A stretch of 33,459 bases of DNA from Craspedostauros australis (lineage: Eukaryota), in the NCBI GenBank assembly GCA_030167865.1, contig JALAGF010003761.1, forward strand, positions 1 through 33,459, given 5' to 3'. The notes beneath the pieces were generated by a model. The model did no database searches, was not told the DNA's origin, and was given only the letters and a program-made list of their open reading frames with translations. A program made the position numbers and the translations under genes. The stretch's first letter is position 1; every line of letters begins with the position of its first letter. Below are positions 1 to 9,962 of this stretch, one piece after another.

Positions 1-126
1 CGCTCCTTGCTCACCACGAAAACGGATGAGGAAGATGAGGACGGCGGCACCGAAAGCTCGACGGATCCGTCCTACACGGAAGACGATGTCGAGAAGAGGC
101 CACGCAAGAACAAGGTCGCTGCGTGA
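1..126 (+). CDS. 3' end of a CDS entering from the left edge (acidic tail with a basic NLS-like motif)
   Basis: Frame 1 is open from base 1 to TGA at 124-126 and reads RSLLTTKTDEEDEDGGTESSTDPSYTEDDVEKRPRKNKVAA*, with coding-like codon use. Product cannot be identified. Confidence 0.5.
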   Translation, partial: RSLLTTKTDEEDEDGGTESSTDPSYTEDDVEKRPRKNKVAA

Positions 127-190
127 GCCTACATGTGCACCAGGTGATTGCAGTCAACACATAACTCATAGAATACCATTGGCAACATGC

Positions 191-769
191 TTAGATGGTT
201 AGTTTGTTGTCATTACTGGTGCTGCTTTTGTTGTTGTTGGTGTTGCTGTTGCTGTTGCTGTTGCTGTTGATGCTGGCCTCGTTGGCTTGTTTGCAACACT
301 CTCTCTCATTGAGAAATGTGCAGTCCACGATGTCCTGCAAGTTCTCCGAAGCTTGGTCGATGTGTCGCTCCGCAGCCTTGTCAACTTGGTCAATACGCCG
401 CTCTATGATCTGATCCAAATTCTCCGAAGCTTGGTTGATGCGTCGCTCCGCAACCTTGTCAACTTGGTCAATCCACCGCTCTGCAGCCTTGTCAGCCTGC
501 TTCACTCCCTTCTCAATCAAGTTGCCACCAACGATGGTACCAACAGCAGCAACAAATAGCGCCTTCATCACAAACTCAAAGTATTGCGAGAAAATGACTG
601 AGCAAAGGGCTTTCCACAAGCCCCGCACAGCTGGAAGACCCATACCTGCACTTTGCGTTTGCAACATGGCACCTGCAGCATCATCTTCAGGGCCATCTGC
701 TGCAAAGGCACAGCTAGGCAATGTTGTTGTGAGCAACAGAGCAAGAACGACAGTGGGAACAAACTTCAT
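191..769 (-). CDS. Hypothetical signal-peptide protein with 11-mer helical repeats (192 aa)
   Basis: Signal-like N-terminus (MKFVPTVVLALLLTTTLPSCAFA), a second hydrophobic stretch, repeats IDQVDK(A/V)AERx and I(N/D)QASENL, and an Asn/Ser tail. The upstream leader is CA-rich. Confidence 0.6.
   Translation of the reverse strand: MKFVPTVVLALLLTTTLPSCAFAADGPEDDAAGAMLQTQSAGMGLPAVRGLWKALCSVIFSQYFEFVMKALFVAAVGTIVGGNLIEKGVKQADKAAERWIDQVDKVAERRINQASENLDQIIERRIDQVDKAAERHIDQASENLQDIVDCTFLNERECCKQANEASINSNSNSNSNTNNNKSSTSNDNKLTI
342..500. repeat. 78-nt coding tandem duplication (26 aa) inside the 191..769 gene
   Basis: TTCTCCGAAGCTTGGT...CTTGTCAACTTGGTCAAT recurs at 342 and 420. Confidence 0.85.
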
Positions 770-1565
770 TGTTGGATGGTTTGCTTGGTGGTGGTGATGA
801 TGATGACGATGATGATGATGGTGATTGTTGTGGAAGTTGAGTTTATGGTATGTTATGTCTTCTTACTTTCTTCCTTTCGTGCCCCTCGAGTTTTGTTGCA
901 ACCGCGTGCTTGTGTGTGAACGGCCGAGAGAATGGCGGAGGGAACAGAACGGTTTGGTTTTGTGAGCGCGGGTCACGAACCGCAAAACTTTCGCGCCATT
1001 TTCGCTCTGTGGGCGATGTTGCTGTGGCACTCGTCCTCGCATTCACGCCTTGGACCTCACAACACAACACAACACAGCACTCTATTCAACTCGATTCGAT
1101 TCGACTTCCTTCAATCACAGCACACTCCTGATTGGCCACTATACCCATATTCGGTTCTGAATGCACAATGTTCGTTGCGCTGTGACCTTGTTCTAAATTT
1201 CGTCGAAGGATCCTGGACATGATGACAGGCATACACCGACCTGCACGAATGAGAGGACCTTTGTCCCACACAAGAGTCTACATACGTACTCCACACCACA
1301 AGTACTCTGCCATGCTTGCAGTTCATGTGAATGCTACTCGAAAACATCAACGCGACTCTTGCATGTTGTTGGAGTTGAGGCGCCATCATTAATACTGTTT
1401 GTTCTCTAGTCCGAGTTCAGATGTCGTTATTGGATCGATCGATCCATCGATTAATCAGTCCATTGCATTGCATGCCATTCCATCACAGTTGCGCTCACAT
1501 ACCACTCAGGCATGTTGTCCAACGAGTCTGGGCTCTTGATTCACGCTCGATTCACACTCCCTCAT

Positions 1566-2605
1566 TCAGCTTGATCCAATTTTGAGTGTGCTTGCCAATG
1601 TCGTCGGCGATCTCCTTGTTCTCCTTCTTCGTCGTCTCAGTCGTTGCTGCCACCGTCTGGCGGACTGCCCCGCGCCGTCCTCGTTTTCTTCCCTGATGAT
1701 GGTGTCCCAATCACAAGCCTCCAGATCAGTCTTCAGCTTTTCGTTTCGGCCACATACGACGCAGATTGTGGCATCGACACTGCGGTTGACCAAGTCGATG
1801 TATATTTGGTCGACAATCTCCGACAACCCTCCAACACCTTCTCCGCCACCCATGATGAGGACCATCTTTTTGGATGGGTCATAGACGTCATCGCCAAGCA
1901 CCTGCTGGCGGATCTGATGCTGATACTGCTTGCCGGTTTCGGAGGTGCGGTTGCCGAGCTTGTCGGCCTGGACGGCAAAGTCATGACAGATGGGCAGCCA
2001 TGACGGATGGGTAGTCCTGCGAGGACGATGTTCTCGTCGGGCGTCTTGCCTTGTTTCCTGGCGGTGATACAGACACAGAGATGCGGAGACGTTGGGATGC
2101 GACGTAGAGTTTATCAACGTGCTTCGAGAACCACATCATGTGAGCGGAGCCGAGATCCGTAACGACGGTGAAGAATGGGATGTGCTTGCCTTGGTTCTTG
2201 GAGATGTGGATGGTCTCCTTGAGGGTGTGTGAAGTTCATCGCTGGATGAACGGAGATGATGACGTCTGGCTGGAGAGATTGGAGAGATTGGAGGCGGCGT
2301 CGGATTCTGCCTCCGCACATTTTCTGCGAGTGGAATTCTGAGGAGACGTGGTTGAGGCGGATGTTGAGGCGGATGTTGGAGAGGTGGTCGAAGATCCTCC
2401 ACTGCCACGGTTTGAACGACACTGTCTTGTGGCTGTTCTTGATGGTGCAGTATGGCAGAACGCCATGATCAGTCCAAACGTCGACCAATTCGTAGGTGCT
2501 TTAGGGGTACTTGACGAGGAATTGCTCCGCCAACGCCTGAACAGATGCGCGGTGTCCGCCGCCGGTGTCGGATGAAAGGAACGTGATCTTGAGTGGCTTG
2601 TAATC
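1566..2605 (-). pseudogene. MGD: Monogalactosyldiacylglycerol (MGDG) synthase pseudogene or fragment (GT28 family)
   Basis: Motifs read across several frames: ITFLSSDTGGGHRAS, LVDVW, PDVIISVHP, FFTVVTDLGSAH..WF, VDKLYVAS, IVLAGLPIRH, VLIMGGGEGVG, VVCGRNEKLK. In-frame TAA at 2501-2503. Frameshifts near 2225, in roughly 2050-2085, and near 2000. The C-terminal KAGPGTIAEA-type region is not seen. Possible CAG acceptor at 2608-2606. Confidence 0.88.
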
Positions 2606-2610
2606 CTGTT

Positions 2611-2647
2611 TTGGTTGGTTGGTTGGTTGGTTGGTTGGTTGGTTGGT
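2611..2647. repeat. (TTGG)9 / (CCAA)9 microsatellite
   Basis: Directly visible. Confidence 0.95.
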
Positions 2648-3354
2648 CAGCCAATCAGTGAGTGAATTTTTCAATCATTCCAATCATTGCATTCCGTTGC
2701 GATGGGTAGTCGTATCGTTCTCTGCAGGTTGTATGCCTGGGACCAAGCGCGGGCAAAACGCGGAGGGCGACCGAGGACTTCTCCCCTCGGCTCTCTGTCG
2801 TAGAGCTGTTCCACGAGGTGAAGGGTGGGCCACGACGCTCAAGTGAACATCATCAATCGAAGACCCGCACAGAGAGAGCAAGTCCCGCTCACAACAGACA
2901 TCACCAAAAAACAATTCACGACCTCAAATATCTGTTGTCACTGGAGCACGCTTGTGCAGGATCTTGTCATGTCTGCTCAGACAGTGGGGCTGAAGTAATT
3001 TGTCGTTGCCCCACGCAACACCAGGCAAAAATGGCGAGGCGAAATTAAATGAGCGCCACAATGTCCGGCATCCAAGTGTGGCTTCGCCGTTGTTGCCACC
3101 TCCACGAAGTTGAAAGTTTCCCGAAGTTGTTGGATCGCCCGCGCTCCACTGTTTACTTTGGCGAAGATGTTGTTGCCAAACACACGCAAACAACAGCAGG
3201 GGATGACAAAGAGAATGAGATGAGTTTCACCCTTCGAGGGATTCCTTCCCACCAGCCACAAAATCGAGAACAGACCAACTCAACTCAACTTGACTCAAGG
3301 CCAAAGCGCACACACAACAAGTAACAACAACACCGACAACAACAACACGCAACC

Positions 3355-5094
3355 ATGCCACCCATGAAGAAAGACATCCTCGCTCTCGTCATCGCACAGA
3401 GCATCATCTGCAGCGGCGTCGATGCCGTGCTCGACACGAGCGGTCGTACCAAGGTCGCCACCGATCTCAACATCGATGGCGACATCAACGCTCTTCAAGC
3501 GAAGTTCGCCAAGCTGGCAGCTGAGCGCAAGGCCAAGATCTTGGCGTTCAACTCCGCACACGGCGACAACACCAAGATCGCAGCACAAGACACTGAGGAC
3601 AAGGTGAACATGCTCCTCTCTGACATCTCCTCCATGCCCAACATCGACCATCTTGTTCCCAACTTCAAGGAAGCCAGCACCAAGACAGAGGCGAAGATCA
3701 AAGCAAGCAACTTCCGTCGTCGACGTGCCACCTCTTCCACCAACACCAAGAACAAGCTTGAACAAAAGCTTGAGCGCAAGTTCACCGATCTTGGTCGTCT
3801 TCAAGGCGCCACTGATGATGCCAAGAAGGGCGCGTCGCTTGCGTCGATCGCAGAACTACATCCTGAGAAGACGGTCGAAGCCCTCAATGCTCACAACCGC
3901 CAGCTCAAGTCCCCCAAGTCTGAGAAATCGTCATCAAAGGGAGCCAAGTCTGAGAAGTCTTCCAAGTCCAACAAGGCATTCAAGTCCTGCTTCACCGGAA
4001 CGGCCGAGGATGTCACCGCGAAGTGCGCAGATGAGGAGGCTAACTGCTGTCAAGCGCCAGACATTGAGATAGCTCCCGCATGTACGTGGAGCAGCGACCG
4101 ACGCGTGACGGTGTGCCCCAACTCCTGCAATGGCAATTACTCTTGCGCATTCGGTCTCAATGAGACAACGGCCATTACGATTGCTCCCTATGCTTGCAAC
4201 GGTGTGGAAGCCTGCCTTGGCATAGAGATATCAATTCCTTCTTACGCTTGCAATGGCCTCGGCAGTTGCACACGCAACACCGGTAAAGTCAGTGAGCAAT
4301 CTTGCAACGGCGTTGGTAGTTGCTTCGAAAACTCAGGTGATATCTCCTCATTCTCATGCATCGAGAAGGCTTCGTGTTCCCAGAATAGGGGAGACATTAG
4401 CGAAAATTCTTGCACCACAGACAGAGCATGTGGCCGCAACCGAGGCGACGTGCAGGAAAACTCTTGCGTAGGCAGATATGCATGCACTTTAAGCGAAGGA
4501 GCAATCGGAACTGGCTCTTGCCATGGCGATAGTTCTTGCTACGCGAACACTGGCGACATCGGGCAGGACTCCTGCGAAGGTACACTCGCCTGCGATGAAA
4601 ATCAGGGCGTCGTGGGCATCGGGTCATGCCACGGAGGCTCTTCATGCATCCGCAACTTCGGAATGGTAGGGGACGGATCCTGCCTCGGCAGATTCACCTG
4701 CGCTGAGAACGGTGGCGACATCGGCCAGGACTCCTGCCAAGGCCCATTCGCCTGTCGTCTCAACCGAGCCGACGTTGGCATGGGTTCGTGCTACGAATAT
4801 GCAGCATGCTACTTCAACGCCGGAATGGTAGGGGACGGAGCCTGCCATGGCAACTTCACCTGTACCGTGAACTTTGGCGACATCGGCCAGGACTCCTGCA
4901 AAGGCCCATTCGCCTGTTTCGTCAACCGAGCCGACGTTGGCATCGGGTCGTGCTACGAAAACAGAGCATGCTACTACAACACCGGAATGGTAGGGGACGG
5001 AGCCTGCCGTGGTAATTCCTCGTGTTTCAACAACTCTTACGTCATCCCCAATGGAGAATGCATTGGTGCAGGAGTGTGCAGTGTGGTGCCATGA
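3355..5094 (+). CDS. Secreted Cys-rich repeat protein (579 aa): signal peptide, pro-region, RXL site, Lys/Ser cluster, about 17 18-aa Cys repeats
   Basis: Signal-like MKKDILALVIAQSIICSGVDA. RQL at 3898-3906 is followed by KSPKSEKSSSKGAKSEKSSKSNKAFK. Repeat consensus is G-x-(I/V)-G-x-x-S-C-x-G-x-x-(A/S)-C-x-x-N-x. Confidence 0.85.
   Translation: MPPMKKDILALVIAQSIICSGVDAVLDTSGRTKVATDLNIDGDINALQAKFAKLAAERKAKILAFNSAHGDNTKIAAQDTEDKVNMLLSDISSMPNIDHLVPNFKEASTKTEAKIKASNFRRRRATSSTNTKNKLEQKLERKFTDLGRLQGATDDAKKGASLASIAELHPEKTVEALNAHNRQLKSPKSEKSSSKGAKSEKSSKSNKAFKSCFTGTAEDVTAKCADEEANCCQAPDIEIAPACTWSSDRRVTVCPNSCNGNYSCAFGLNETTAITIAPYACNGVEACLGIEISIPSYACNGLGSCTRNTGKVSEQSCNGVGSCFENSGDISSFSCIEKASCSQNRGDISENSCTTDRACGRNRGDVQENSCVGRYACTLSEGAIGTGSCHGDSSCYANTGDIGQDSCEGTLACDENQGVVGIGSCHGGSSCIRNFGMVGDGSCLGRFTCAENGGDIGQDSCQGPFACRLNRADVGMGSCYEYAACYFNAGMVGDGACHGNFTCTVNFGDIGQDSCKGPFACFVNRADVGIGSCYENRACYYNTGMVGDGACRGNSSCFNNSYVIPNGECIGAGVCSVVP
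4660..5030 (+). repeat. 162-nt (54-aa) higher-order coding tandem repeat, about 2.3 copies
   Basis: GGAATGGTAGGGGACGGA occurs at 4660, 4822 and 4984, with highly similar intervening DNA. Confidence 0.92.
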
Positions 5095-5304
5095 ATAGTC
5101 TCCACATTTGATGTCGATGTTCATCGTCGCCCGCGTTTCTGAAGTCCAAGATATTACACACGCAGAGTAAACAAAATCGAATTATACCAATTGGCACTTG
5201 GACGGTCAACCACTTCTGTCCGAAAGCGCGAGTGTCAACGTATGTGCAGGTGTGGAGTATGTGCCAACGTCCTGGCCCCTGCAAGAACACCACACTAATC
5301 CAAG

Positions 5305-5345
5305 TATTCTATTCTATTCTATTCTATAATATTATATTATACAAA
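5305..5345. repeat. (ATTCT)n-type microsatellite and AT-rich patch
   Basis: TATTCTATTCTATTCTATTCTATAATATTATATTAT in intergenic DNA. Confidence 0.7.
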
Positions 5346-5649
5346 TTTAACTTGATATTAAGAATCACTGATAGTCAGGTGTCTGAATGCACAATTTATT
5401 TTAATTGTAAACAATGTGGTGTTGAGATTGCATCATGAGTAGTTATTTGGATGGTTTGGTTGTTCTCTACATTAGTCTATTGTGACGCAACTCATCACCC
5501 ACAAAACTCCACAACCAGTGTTATCGTGACACCGTTTTTCGTCGAAGGCAGGTTGCAGTCGTACCAAACATGGAAGTGGAAGCAATTACGATCACTCACA
5601 ACACCATCGATTCCTCGCGAACTGTCCAAGAGGTGCGCAACTTCGAAAC

Positions 5650-6417
5650 ATGACGCAGCTCACAACGAAAGCGAGGACGGCTGCTGCCGTCTTGCTTGTC
5701 CTTGTGCTGTGCGTGCAATTGGCTCGCGCAAGCACGGGCAAGTCTTCGGATGGGTCGCGGCAAGCTGCGGATTCCGATGCTACCAAAGATTCCACGCCGC
5801 ATTCGATCGAACTGACGCCGGACAACTGGGAAGAGACAACGCAAGGCAAATCGGTGCTGGCGAAGTTCTTCGCGCCATGGTGCGGCCATTGTCAGGACTT
5901 GGCACCGCACTGGACTCGATTGCACGATGCATTCATGAATGGGAGCAGCAATCCGAACGGCATCATCGCGCAAGTCAATTGCGTGGACCACGAATCATGG
6001 TGCTCACAGGACATGCAGATCACGGCATTCCCCACCGTGCTGTATGGCGATGCGTCGCAGCATGGGATCTTTCTGCGTCGGTACGATGGTGAAAAGACGT
6101 TCGATGCGTTGCTTGAGTTCGCTCAGGAGAAGCTGCGGCATGCGGCCTGCAGCCCGCTCAATTTGCAAGCCTGCGCCGATGACGATGAACGGCAGCAGAT
6201 GGAGCTCTATTGGTCCCTGTCGACGGCAGAGTTGGAACGTCTGATACTAGAGGAGGAGAAACGGATAGATGATCAGGATGCGCAATTCAAGCGGCAATAT
6301 CAGCAGATGCAGGAGGAATACAACAAGGCAGCAAGAGATCATGGATTGAACACGCTGAAGCCGCATCGCGACAAGCAACTGTTGAAAGAGGTGATGAAGG
6401 TCTTGCGGGAGAAATGA
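5650..6417 (+). CDS. Secretory thioredoxin/PDI-like protein (single WCGHC domain plus C-terminal coiled coil)
   Basis: Signal-like AAAVLLVLVLCVQLARA, then IELTPDNW, KFFAPWCGHCQDLAPHW, IAQVNC and ITAFPTVLY, followed by a helical E/Q/K-rich tail. Confidence 0.88.
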   Translation: MTQLTTKARTAAAVLLVLVLCVQLARASTGKSSDGSRQAADSDATKDSTPHSIELTPDNWEETTQGKSVLAKFFAPWCGHCQDLAPHWTRLHDAFMNGSSNPNGIIAQVNCVDHESWCSQDMQITAFPTVLYGDASQHGIFLRRYDGEKTFDALLEFAQEKLRHAACSPLNLQACADDDERQQMELYWSLSTAELERLILEEEKRIDDQDAQFKRQYQQMQEEYNKAARDHGLNTLKPHRDKQLLKEVMKVLREK

Positions 6418-6666
6418 AGAGAAGGACTGCAATGCAAGACTTGCCCTACCATCGGATACAGCTGGGTGGTGGCGTGGTGACTCACACAAAGGGCAGAGCA
6501 GAGTACTCATACGTGCCTGTACGCAAGTTTGGTATGCACTCGTGATTTGCATTTGTTGAAATAGCGAAAGCGTCTGCTGCTCCACATCGAACTCAAACGA
6601 ATACTCTGGAGAGTCATGGTCGTACGCACATGCGTTTTACTCTTATTATTCGTACAGTTTATACTC

Positions 6667-8967
6667 TTAGTCCGCATGCGGGAATGGATAACTCACTCCA
6701 GCGCCACCATCTCCCGGCGCGCCGTTCATATCGCGCTGCCGCAAGATATCACGTTGACGGCGTCCGCGGAAGAGCCATCGGATGGGCGTGGCTTCGAAGC
6801 CCTCCAGCGATTCTCGAAACTTGCGGTCCAGGTACCTCCTGTAGTTGTCGTTGACGAGCCCGGGGTCATTGCAGAAGACGACGATGGTAGGTGGACGCGT
6901 GCTGACCTGATGGCAGTAGTAGATCTTGGCCTGCGCGCCGTTGCGTCGTGCCGGCGGTGGTTGCCAGAGGATGGCATCTCGCAGCACCTCGTTGAGGACG
7001 GACGTGGAGACACGTTTGCGGTGCGCATTGATGGCCTCGTCGATGACGCTGTAGATCTTGCCCACGCGCTGTCCTGTTTCGGCGGAGATGAATAGTATGG
7101 GTGCCCATCGCATCTGCGGGATCTCAGAACGGATGTACTTGACGGACGTATCGTAGGTCGACGAATCCTTGTCGACGACGGCGTCCCATTTGTTGCAAAT
7201 GATGGCGCATGCTCTCCCGTCGTCGGCGATCTTCTGCGCGAGGATGCGATCTTGCTCCGTGACACCGGCAGTGGCGTCCATCACCAGGAGTGCTACGGAA
7301 TGGCAAGCCAAGTCCAGTGGAGCGGAGTGTGTATTTATAGATTGGATTGGATGCGGGAAGAGAATGGGAGAGAATTTGGTCGACAGTCAGTTGTGACAAC
7401 GATAGCAGAGAAACACAAGTGCGAGATGTTGACTGAACCAAAACGGGAAGGACCATTCGCATCACCCAATGTCGGGAAGCCAACAACAAGCATCTATGTG
7501 CCGAATCCTTGATGCCATGCTTCACACAATCGACAGAGACAAGCGGCAGCAGCATGCTCAGTATGCACGTTTCATTTGCAACGTACCAACATCCGCACGT
7601 CGGATGGCACGCAGCGCACGGTTGACCATGAAGAATTCCGGTCCGAAATCGACCTTGCCCTTTCTTCGGATTCCGGCAGTATCGACGAACCGGTAGATGG
7701 TGGACAGCTCGCCTTCCTTCTCGGCCGGGCGCTCCATGATGGCGTCGATGGAATCGCGCGTCGTGCCGGCCATGTCGCTGACGATGGCTCGGTCCTGTCC
7801 AAAGACGGCGTTGAGCAAGGAAGACTTGCCGACGTTGGGCCGCCCGATGATGGCGATGCTGATCTCCTCGGGACGTTCCACATCGTCAAAGGCGGCGAGG
7901 GCATCCTCAAATTCCTCCTCGATGCGCTTGGCGACGTCACCGATGCCGTACTTTCTCATCTTCCATTCCGTCTCATCTTCACCGGGCATACGCTTCTTGG
8001 ACTTCATGCGCGTGCGGGCCTCCTGCAGCCGCTGCGCCTTCGTGCCGAACTTGTCGACGCCAGCCGTGCCCTTTTGCACGATGCCCTCGAAGACCTCCTC
8101 GAGCAGCTCGGCCGTTCCCACACCATGCAACGCCGACACGGGCCGCGGCTCGCCGATGCCCATGTTCCAAAACTCGGCCGCGTTGAGGGCCCCCGTCGTG
8201 GCGGACTCGCACTTGTTGACGGCCACGACGACGGGCATGTCCTTGAGGATCTCCTTGCGGATGAATTCCGCGATCTGCAGGTCCATGGATGTGACGCCGG
8301 TCTGTCCATCAACGACGACGATGGCGGCCGAGGCTTCGGATAAGGCGATCATGGCCTGCTGGCGGATCTCCTTGGCGAACAGGGTCGATTCGTCCTCATC
8401 GAAGACGAGACCGCCCGTGTCGACGAGCTGAAAGACCTCGCCCAGGAACTCGGCGCGGCGGTAGGTGCGATCGCGCGTGATGCCGGACTCGTCGGCGACG
8501 ATGGCACCTCCCGATTGCGTTCCGGCGATGCGGTTGGCCAAGGCGGACTTGCCCACGTTGGGGCGACCGATGATGGCGATGATGGGCTCCCTCTTGTTCT
8601 TCTTGCCCTCGTTGTACCGTCTCATGGGCTTGGAACCGGGGTTGAAGGACTTGCCGCGGTTGATGGTCGCCACGGGCTCCGGATCGTCCATGCCCACCAC
8701 AACCACGTTGTCCGAGTCGGGATTGCCGCCATCCCATGCGACCTCCAAATCGAGAGCTGAGAACTGGGCGTCCTCCATGTCCTCCATGCCATCGTCGTCG
8801 TTCTCATCAAAGTCAGCCATCTCGAAGCCATCCACATCCTGTGGCTTGACGGAGACATGCAGGGCGGAGCCGGGCGATGAGGAGAGGGTGCGTGGCGCCA
8901 CGAAGGCGGCGGCTGGCATCACAGCCATCGCGCTGGCAACGAGCGCAAGTGCAGAACTGAGCTTCAT
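6667..8967 (-). CDS. der: Plastid-targeted ribosome biogenesis double GTPase Der/EngA (668 aa, 2 exons)
   Basis: Exons 8967-7587 and 7292-6667; splicing gives [13 protein letters not shown]. Two G domains (GRPNVGKS twice, GITRDR/GTTRDS, DTGG/DTAG, NKCE/NKWD) and a KH-like C-terminus ([23 protein letters not shown]). Bipartite presequence [25 protein letters not shown]. Confidence 0.95.
7293..7586 (-). other. Spliceosomal intron of der/engA (294 nt)
   Basis: Donor G|GTACGT and acceptor CCGTAG|CA; the join restores frame and the conserved motif. Confidence 0.9.
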
Positions 8968-9962
8968 CCTGCTCGTATTGTACTGCTGTGCTGCTGCGTT
9001 GCTGTGAAAGTACTTCGCCTTGTTCTCCGTTGCAGTCGTTCTCTGGACTTGATTCGACCGCAAGTGATGACTATGAGCAGGTTGGTCTTGCCGCGTTTGA
9101 CAAAGAAGATGGAGTGTATCGTGTGAGGCGACCAACAAGAGTGCACTGGCTGTTCCAATACTCCTCTATCCGATTTCGAGTATGACGCTGGTATCGGTGT
9201 GTGGCAGGAAAGGTTCTGGGAGATGGTGAACAACGAATGCCGACAGATCAACGAACGAGGAAGATTGTGGGTATTCCGCACATCAACTCCGAAGAACAAA
9301 ATCAGGAGAAGGAAACGAGAGGTGTTGCCGTTTTGACGATGTGTTGGTGTTGGTGGCTGTGTCATGGTCGTTTCCTGATGTGTCAACGATTCGATCAGTC
9401 ATGAACTGGGGGCGGACAGACAGCGAGAAGGCTATTTCGATATTCTAGTCTAAACTCAACAGCCTACTATCCAGCTTCTTGTTTTGTCTTCATCATGTCT
9501 CAATCCAACTCCAATCCCGTTTATGCGAGGTCTTCATTGCGACTCGCGAGCTAGATTTGAAACGTTGGTGGGTTCAAAAATAACGGCTCGATTTTTCAAA
9601 CGCAAGATACGAAGAGCGTCGTGGGACAACACAAACCCACCACACAATTCACACAGCGAATGAAGGAAGAGGAGGAGAGCAAAGAGAGTTGACAAGAGAC
9701 AGAGAGAAGAGAGGACGAAGAAGAAAGAGTCGACATCCAACCAACCGCTCATTGTCGATAGTCTCAAGAACGGATACGATAACAGCACTCCTGCACATCC
9801 TCTCTTCCCATCACACAGCCTGCATCCAACAATCGGCTTCACTTTCTCGTCATCATCCCGCAGCCTCATAAAACACATCGCAACAGAGACGCTCCCGCAT
9901 CTCACAAACACGAGCAAAGACTTCACCCCAACACAACCGCTCTACTGCAAACGCATTTCAAG

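Noticed and set aside
2501-2503. In-frame TAA in the MGD sequence as possible stop-codon recoding
   Set aside because: It co-occurs with frameshifts and truncation, and TAA ends intact genes in this window (RPT5, the 23776 gene).
7576-9007. Several 180-255 aa plus-strand ORFs
   Set aside because: Antisense to der/engA, with no independent evidence.
8968-9138. 57-codon N-terminal extension of the Der ORF
   Set aside because: It begins at a non-ATG codon and precedes a clear signal peptide at 8967; treated as 5' leader.
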